Below, piece after piece: positions 55,177-64,000 of a DNA stretch of 64,000 nt (the stretch's first letter is position 1; each line of letters begins with the position of its first letter). The notes under the pieces were generated by a model. That model ran no database searches and had not been told where the DNA came from. It worked only from the letters and a program-made list of their open reading frames with translations. Position numbers and translations under genes: made by a program. The DNA is from Octopus vulgaris. Lineage: Eukaryota. The stretch covers positions 37,448,001 to 37,512,000 of the forward strand of contig OX597814.1 in the NCBI GenBank assembly GCA_951406725.2. Direction: 5' to 3'.

Positions 55177-55577
55177 ACATACATATACATATACATACAC
55201 ATATACATACATACATATATACACATACACACTTATATATATATGCGCACACATACACACACACACACGCGCATCTATATATACACATAAGTACATACAT
55301 GCATAAATGTATACATGTGTTTATACATATGCATACACATACACACACACACGCGCCTCCTTATATTCATAAATACATACATGCACACAGACATATACGT
55401 ATATACATACATGCATACTCAAATAATAAATAATAAATATATATACGTGCAGTTACCCATTATACAGACGGATACATACATGTAAACATACACATATATA
55501 CCTAATCACACATATGTATATATACATACATACACACATAACTCTACATACCTACATATAAATAAACACACAAGCGT

Positions 55578-55624
<47 letters not shown>

Positions 55625-55683
55625 CATATATACACACAAATACACACATATACATATACACACACATTCACATATATATATAT

Positions 55684-55733
<50 letters not shown>

Positions 55734-56845
55734 GTACATACATGCATAAATGTATACATATGTTTATACAAATGCATACACATACACACACTCACGCGCC
55801 TCCTTATATACATAAATACATACATGCATACAAACGCATACTCAAGTAATAAATAATAAATAATAAATCATAAATATATATGTACATGCAGTTACCATAA
55901 ATAATAAATAATAAATATATATACATGCAGTTACCCTTTATACAGACGGAAACATACATATAAACATACACATATATACCTATTTACCCATATGTATATA
56001 TACATACATACATGCACATACACATAACTCTACATACCTACATATACATAAACTCACGAGCGTACACACATATATATATATATACATATATATACATACA
56101 TACACATACATACACACATAAATACACATATATATATATACATATACATACATACACATACATACACATACACATACATATATATAAATATATATAAATA
56201 TAAATAAAACCACACACATACACATGTACATACACTTACACATACATATACACGCACTCACATACATGCGTATATTCCAACTAACACCCATACATTTCTA
56301 TACATATATATATATGTACCCATATACATGTATCTACGTACACGCCCATACCCATGTGTACGCTTGTGTGTTTATGTATATGTAGGTATGTAGAGTTATG
56401 TGTGTATGTATGTATGTATATATACATATGTGTAATTAGGCATATATATGTATGTTTATATGTATGTATCCGTCTGTATAATGGGTAACTACACGTATAT
56501 ATAAATGGACTCTTTAGACCATCCCTTGGGATGACAGCCGGGATGGCTGACCGAGGTCAAGATAAAAATAAAGATATAAACAAAAGTAATAATAAAATTA
56601 AAATAAGGGAATAAAAATGTGTGTGTATGCGTGCGTATGTATATGCATGTGTATGTGTGTGTATGTATATATATGTGCGAGTGTGTATACATATATGTAT
56701 GTGTATGTATATGTGTATATATATGTATATACATATGTATATATATATATATATATATATGTATGGGTTTGTATGTGTATGTATGTATATATATGTGTAT
56801 ATGGGTGTGTGTGTATATGTATATATGTATATTTATATATATGTG

Positions 56846-56901
<56 letters not shown>

Positions 56902-57209
56902 TATGGATATGTGAGCGTGTGTGTATGGGGGTGTATATCCCCTCTTATTTATATATTTATATATATACGTGTGTAGACCTATATAAGTGTATGTATGAGT
57001 ATGTGTATGGGCGTGTACGTAGATACATGTATATGGGTACATATGTACATGTGTATATGGGTGTATGTATGTATATGTACGTATGTGTATATATGTATAT
57101 GTCTATGTATGCATATATGTGTGTATATGTATGTATGTATATGTACACATATGTGTATATATGTGTGTATATGGGCATGTGTGTGCATATGTGTATGTAT
57201 GTGTGTGTA

Positions 57210-57249
<40 letters not shown>

Positions 57250-57501
57250 TATGCGGGTGTATGTGTATGTGTATATATATGTATATGTATCAGTGAGAGT
57301 CTCCTTATTTACCTAAAACTCTATTTTTCTATTTATTATTTTATTCTTTTATTTATTCTTTTATCTACTTTACCACCGATTCCTTTGACCACTCCCCTAA
57401 GGAATGATAGTTTTGCGCCATGCCTACCCCCAAAAAGTTCCCCACCACCACCCCTTTAAACCTGCCTAAATGTATAAATGCCAAATCAACTCTTGTCAAC
57501 T

Positions 57502-57551
57502 AGCTTCCTGATGATTTCTCTGAATGAAACAGTTCTAGTCCTGTAGAAGCT
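57502..57551 (+). ncRNA. Type I hammerhead ribozyme, copy B
   Basis: agcttc-CTGATGA-tttctctgaat-GAAA-cag ttctagtc ctg-TA-gaagct. Confidence 0.82.
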
Positions 57552-57633
57552 CCTTCTATATAATAAATTATTTTACTCTGCTATGTATTGAGTACCCTAT
57601 TTACTGTGGTTAACCCCGACTCAACCCGGGACC

Positions 57634-57737
<104 letters not shown>

Positions 57738-57740
57738 TAA

Positions 57741-57805
<65 letters not shown>

Positions 57806-57888
57806 GGTCCCGGGTTGATTCGGGGTTAACCACAGTAAGTAAGGTACACAATACATAGCAGAGTAAAATTAATTTATTATATAGAAGG

Positions 57889-57939
57889 AGCTTCTACAGG
57901 ACTAGTACTGTTTCATTCAAGAGGAATCTTCAGGAAGCT
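57889..57939 (-). ncRNA. Type I hammerhead ribozyme, copy C
   Basis: agcttc-CTGAAGA-ttcctcttgaat-GAAA-cag tactagtc ctg-TA-gaagct. Confidence 0.8.
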
Positions 57940-58037
57940 AGTTGACAAGAGTTGATTTGGCATTTATACATTTAGGCAGGTTTAAAGGGGTGGTGGTGGG
58001 GAACTTTTTGGGGGTAGGCATGGCGCAAAACTATCAG

Positions 58038-58088
58038 AGCTTCCTGAAGATTCCTCTTGAATGAAACAGTACTAGTCCTGTAGAAGCT
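58038..58088 (+). ncRNA. Type I hammerhead ribozyme, copy D
   Basis: Same sequence as copy C, on the opposite strand. Confidence 0.8.
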
Positions 58089-58103
58089 CCTTCTATATAA
58101 TAA

Positions 58104-58146
<43 letters not shown>

Positions 58147-58155
58147 TATATATAT

Positions 58156-58302
58156 GACGGGGTTCTTACACTTTCCGCCTACCAAATCAACTTAAGAGGA
58201 TTTGGTAGGCCCGAGGATATAGCTGAAGACACTTGTCTAAGGGACTAAGTAGTGAGACCGAAACGGGAATCATATGGTTGGTAAACAAGCCACTCCTTGC
58301 CT
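58156..58302 (-). mobile_element. OR-type SINE head fragment
   Basis: gacggggttcttacactttccgcctaccaaatc...gaagacacttgtctaagg...gccactccttgcct. Confidence 0.7.
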
Positions 58303-58315
58303 TTATAATAATAAA

Positions 58316-58316
58316 A

Positions 58317-58412
<96 letters not shown>

Positions 58413-58463
58413 GTAGTAGTATTAGTAGTAGTAGTTGTAGTTGTAGTAGTAGTAGTAGTAGTT

Positions 58464-58504
<41 letters not shown>

Positions 58505-58570
58505 TAAAATAATAATAGTAATAATAATGATAATAATAATAATAACAATAATTAACAATAATAATAATAT
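58316..58570. repeat. (GTA)n(ATA)n microsatellite
   Basis: Direct reading. Confidence 0.93.
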
Positions 58571-59455
58571 TTGGAAAATAGGTCTTTCCTGCAGCAACCA
58601 GCACTTTGCAGAGGTAACAATCAAAATACTATCTTTTGTTCAACTCTGTCATACGTTACAAACTTGATCTCACTTCCTCTAGTCCTACGCAAAGTCAAGG
58701 TGCACTACGAGCTGAGAGAGAATGGAGCCCGTCTCAATCACCTTCTCTTCATGGATGATTTTAAAATATTCACTAAAACAGTGCCTGAAATGGCGAGGCT
58801 CGTTCGACTGCGCAAATGCGCATCAAGTATATAGGGATGGAATTTGTTATCTCGGAGCGTCCGGTGCTTACTTTTAAGCGGGGGAAAAGAGTATATTTTA
58901 AAGGGCATAGATTTGCCAAACGGAGAGAGAATGAAAGACCCGGATGATAATTAGTACTAATACCTTGGAATCCTTAAGCTGGACAATATCTTGCGATGAG
59001 TGACAAAACTGTGGGCTGATTAACGTACGGGAAAGCATCAACAGGGAACGAGGAAACATGGCAGAATATTTGGTAAATATGTAGAATGATTTAACAAAAA
59101 TGGACGTGAGAGTGCTCATGATTTTCGATCAAGAACAGACAACGAGAGAGAAGAAAGACTACTCCGTATGGAATTACATGGTCAATTCCACCGTGAAACC
59201 AACAAACTAAAAGAGCAGGAATCATGGAGGTAGCTTAGAATGATCGACTTAACAAATAATATTGAAAACCTTATCATCGCTACCCAGGGCCAGGTATTAA
59301 ATTATATACCACACAAGTGCAACGGATCTCTGCAGGATGTATGGGAAGAGGGTCAAAAGGTTGACTCACGTTGTTAGTCCTTGTGAAAGTCTTGCGCAGA
59401 AAGAGTACAAGCGTAGACACGACAGTGTCACCCAAAACTCCACTGGCTAATATGA
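58571..59455 (+). mobile_element. Decayed R4/Dong-like LINE fragment
   Basis: RLNHLLFMDDFKIF, HGQFHRET, IENLIIATQGQVL, THVVSPCESLAQKEYKRRHD. Begins right after (TAA)n. Confidence 0.82.
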
Positions 59456-61061
59456 CCTAGTAGAAATCTTATCTGTTCCCTGCCATCTAGACAGCCGTTT
59501 ATATTTCAATGGATAGAATCAGTCCTCTAATCTACTCAAAAATGTAAGACTATTTGCGTAAAAACTGAAACGGATGCTTAGAGTAAACTATTTAGTGATA
59601 AAATATTACTGTACTCAGTCACCCATCTCTCATCGGGTGGTGAAACACCAGCGTAGGTGTTTGTGTGTATTCCACCGTGACACTAGAGCTGCTTGAAGCC
59701 AGTCACCGATGTAGGCGACAACACCCCTGTACAACAGCAGAGTTTTGCTGAATCAAATATATTGAGTCAAAAGTTTCTCCAAACCTCAATACTAGTTCTT
59801 GCTGTACCACCCATTCTTTCTCTTGAGACAAATGTATCGGTTTCTTCTCTCAGAGGCTTTCAATAATTTTCTGACAACCGTATTTTTTTTCTCTTGCAAT
59901 TTTCCAAATACCATATCTCTTTTTTTTAAAATTTATTTTGTCTTTTATAAATCTACTAACAGATGGTAAATATTAATATATAATTTCTTGGTGATGCTTG
60001 GTTTGTGCAAAAAAAATAGGTACGTACTATTTTCCTGGAAGCTTTACCCAGGATAAATAGCTAAATCGACCTCAGACCAAATGTTTGTTCTAAAAGAAAT
60101 AAAAAACAGTCAGAAGTAATATGAAAAGCGTTCCAGTTGGAAATACTTGTCATCTGTTTGTATCTGATCAAAGACTATTTTTTTTGAAAAAATATATATA
60201 CTTTGTGTGGTCGATTGAACAGACTGCAGTATTTGACTAGTCTATTATGTACAACGAACATGGCAATTGGCTATGTCGTCTTTATATACACATTGTTGTT
60301 CAAGTAGACGTAGTAAAATGCAAAAACAACATATAAATTATTTTCAAAAATAACAACGACTACTTTTAATATTCCCGTAGACATATTTGTAACACTTTTA
60401 TTTCCTTTGGTAAATATATTGAACACAATAAATATAAATTAATATAATTTATGTACACAAGGCAGCGATAAATATGGAAAAAATAAACAACTATTAAACA
60501 ACATCAAAACAGCTATTTAGTAGAAATTTTGAAGCAAATCCTTATACTTTGCTATACATACTATTGTTTTTACTTCCCAATGTATTTAACTGAAAATATT
60601 ATTTATTTACTTTTAACAAATACTAAATCATATATTTCTACCATAACCATTCAAATTTGTACAGGTTTAAGACTCAAATATGCTATTATACAAAAACGTG
60701 TGTGCTATACGATATACATAGATATCTTCTTAGCTTACCGAGAGCCATTGGGAATTGCTGAGTCTACAGTATAGTAACATTTTCATGTATGGGTTTTCAT
60801 TTGGATATAAAGTGAAATTTCCTTTGATATAACTCTGCTAACGACATTAATTTACTCTCATCCATTTATCGAACCCTGTTTACATTTACATTGCCATATT
60901 GAATTTCAGTTTCATTTTAAACGTAAACATTATCGATATTTTAATGTCTGAATTATAGTTCCGAGCAGAATACCACTTGTAGAGCCAAATAATATAAATA
61001 ATATATATATTATTCATATTTTTATATAATTGAACACCACGCATCCTCTTCCAAGTAACTT

Positions 61062-61062
<1 letters not shown>

Positions 61063-61153
<91 letters not shown>

Positions 61154-61191
61154 GTATATATCTATCTATCTATCTATCTATATATCTATCT
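61063..61191. repeat. (TATC)n microsatellite
   Basis: Direct reading. Confidence 0.93.
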
Positions 61192-61575
61192 AACACTTTG
61201 CAAACTCGCACACTTGGGTTGCAAAAAAATACAAAATATGTTATTGACCCCGTGAGATCAATGATTTGAGGATGCATTTTAATGATGAGAAATGTGCCCA
61301 TCGTAAGCCCATCGTGTATATATATATATATATATATATATAGATATATATGTATACACAGAAAAAATTGAAATAGAAGAATAAAAAGTAACAGACACAA
61401 AGAAGACGTGCACAAGGAATGCATCAGGTTGTCGTAAAAAGCGAGAGTTTGACGATTGGAGCAGAGCTCTTCGTCGGCTAGGAGAAAGAGAAAAGTCGAA
61501 AGAAGGAAAAGAAAACGTCATTAGCAAGTGTGTTTCTACATCACACACGTGTGTGTTTATATGCATACATACATT

Positions 61576-61609
<34 letters not shown>

Positions 61610-61734
61610 TATATATAACCCAAAAATAAGCAACACGAATGGATCCGGTAATTTAGTACAATTGTTTCATACTACAACAATTTATTAAAGCTACAAATAT
61701 TACAGCAAATATAATACGTCAAGTAATATTCAGC

Positions 61735-61979
61735 TAATTGCATATAGGTTTTCCAATAATGTAAAGTTCTCAAATCAATTAGTAACATCTCAGAGAGTGT
61801 AAATATACCGATAAAGTTGTAGATGTGAGTTCCAGGAATTCGAAGCAAGCTGCCAAGCAAACCATATATGCTTTCCAACAATGTAAAGTTCTCATATTAA
61901 TTAGTGACATCCCAAAGAAGGTAAATATACTCATAAAGCTGTGAATATAAATTTCAGGAAACATGAAGAAAGATGCCAG
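61735..61979. repeat. Diverged ~122-bp tandem duplication
   Basis: catataggttttccaataatgtaaagttctca (61741) / catatatgctttccaacaatgtaaagttctca (61863). Confidence 0.75.
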
Positions 61980-62000
61980 TCAGATCACGACTAAGTTCGC

Positions 62001-62044
<44 letters not shown>

Positions 62045-62098
62045 CATATATGTGCATGTATGTGTACATACATGTGTATATGTATGAGCATATATGCA

Positions 62099-62136
<38 letters not shown>

Positions 62137-62704
62137 AATATGTATGTATATATATGTATACATACACTTACATAAACACAATCACGCACACAGAGACGCT
62201 CATATATGTGGAGTAGCGGTTCGGCAAAATAGAACATCAAATGCAATGGATGCAACGAAAATTACATTGGAGAAACCCAACTCATCTTAATAAAACTAAA
62301 AATCATCGATAAAATATACAAGAGCTGTAGAATAGACAAATTCCACTCATTGAACATTTGGACATGCTTACACTAGCAATATGACTCTTAGAGTTAAATT
62401 GTTGGCGTGGCCATGTTGTTCCACTGACTTCATAAGCTAGATGTCTCTATGTGCATTAACGTATGCATATGCAGTTATATTCTATAACGTTAGCATGCAG
62501 AATAATCAAAAAATTATGCATAATTAGATAAGAAAACCCTGAAATGGCGTAATCCTATAGGAGTTTCAATAAGAAATATAAACGTACATATCTCAATCTT
62601 CATATATATATATATATATATATATTCTTGACATCCTTTTTGTCTCGGGAAACAATGGAGTTGCGCATAAAATAATCTAGTTCGGCCTTTACATTTCATG
62701 TCCT

Positions 62705-63135
62705 AATACATCACCTGCTGTGGCTGCGTAATCCTATCCTGGACATACGCTCCCTCTGGCTGGTACTGCAAAAGCGAAGACATTTCCTGGCTGGTTGTAA
62801 TGTCATATATTCTTGTTGACGTCTTTTCTTGTTTTTCCATTTCTCGTCTCTCCCTCTGTTACTTCTTTATGCTCCCTCTGTTACGGTACGTCGCCAATCT
62901 CCACGGTTGCTGGCAACTGCTTTCCATTTGCTAATATTGATGTCATAGGCCTTCATGTCCCTTATGCAAACATCCTTGTATCATAAGAACGGTCTTTCCT
63001 AAGACCTAGTGCACCCAGCAAGTTCACCATGGGGATTGCGCCATCGTCCGTATGGCTATCATGTCCAAGCCATCTCATACGTCTTTGTGTGAGGAGTGCA
63101 AACATGCTTGGTATTCCTGCTTGCTTGAGGAAATA
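62705..63135 (-). mobile_element. RTE-clade LINE 3' fragment
   Basis: AGIPSMFALLTQRRMRWLGH..., YKDVCIRDMKA...W..VASNRGDWR, SRIGLRSHSR. Confidence 0.8.
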
Positions 63136-64000
63136 TTTTTGCAACAAAAAAATTGGGATTTGATTCGAATCGGAGGCGGTCATATCGAATAAATGCTGTA
63201 GTGTCATAATTGAGTTTTCTTTAACATTACATTATGATGATCGGATCCGAAATATAAATCAGCAGAATTAGAAAAACGTTATATATATATGTGTGTATGT
63301 GTATGACCATTGTCATTCATGTCGCCACCATCATGAGGCACTGAGCATATCAGTAGAGAAATATTCCCCAAAAAAGAATCCATAATATTTGCAATGCTTC
63401 CATTGAGGCAAAATCTAAACAAAGGTCAATACCATTCTCTTGATCTTATTCTTATTTGATAATGTCCGTTCAATTTGTCAAATAGATCGACACTAACCAT
63501 TTGTATGATATATAGCTTCACATTATTGGGTAGAAGTACATAAACAGTATTTCACTCAGATTTTTCTATCGCTTACGGCTGCCAATATTTAAAACATTCT
63601 CGTCTTCCGAATTGGCTACAAGATTTACTTGGTTGATATCATGCCATCTTAGTAATTCCGTTCTCCTTATCCTCAACTTCACAGCAAGTGCGTCGCGCAT
63701 ATTTGCTTATATCTTGTAGCGGTGCTTTTTCTGATCAATCATTTCGAATAGTCCCAACACAAAAGAGACCATTTTTCATAAGGCATCTATCAAAGGTGGA
63801 GAAGAGAAACAGTTGTTTATATTAATGCATGATCCTATAAATAACGAAGGAACTAAGTGTTGTATCAGTAATTTTGTCGCCTGCCCCTGTGTAAAGGTAG
63901 AATTTCACTAAAGTCCATTTGGTCTGGCCATGCACCAAAGCTAAAAACTAAAATAAGGCACCATTGCTTCATCAAGAGGGAACTTGTTACAAACTGACAG

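Larger units (their letters stand above)
57801..58106. mobile_element. Second, short insertion of the HHR element (235-bp terminus + 70-bp inverted arm)
   Basis: 57801-58035 is the reverse complement of ~57406-57640. 58038-58106 inverts 57871-57939. Flanked by (TA)n. Confidence 0.82.

Overview
AT-rich animal genomic DNA full of microsatellites, most likely from an octopus (inferred from the tRNA-derived SINE families, not verified). No host protein-coding gene can be supported. Almost all listed ORFs are microsatellite read-throughs or transposon fragments. The window is a mosaic of mobile elements: at least three Penelope-like elements (one young Neptune-type copy with RT and GIY-YIG, 30.5-32.9 kb), a near full-length R4/Dong LINE in (TAA)n plus fragments, an internally deleted L1/Tx1-like element inside a SINE head with a 15-bp TSD, CR1/Jockey-like and RTE fragments, mariner and DD37D transposons, a Helitron, and many SINEs. 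The most notable signal is a set of minimal type I hammerhead ribozyme (HHR) motifs. Four near-identical copies sit in alternating orientation in non-coding fold-back elements embedded in (TA)n at 51.4-58.1 kb, suggesting a retrozyme-like or non-autonomous Penelope family. A further copy with a compensatory U3-A8 core lies at the 3' end of the young Penelope element, and several decayed copies occur elsewhere. All calls come from reading the sequence by eye, and coordinates are approximate unless motifs are quoted.
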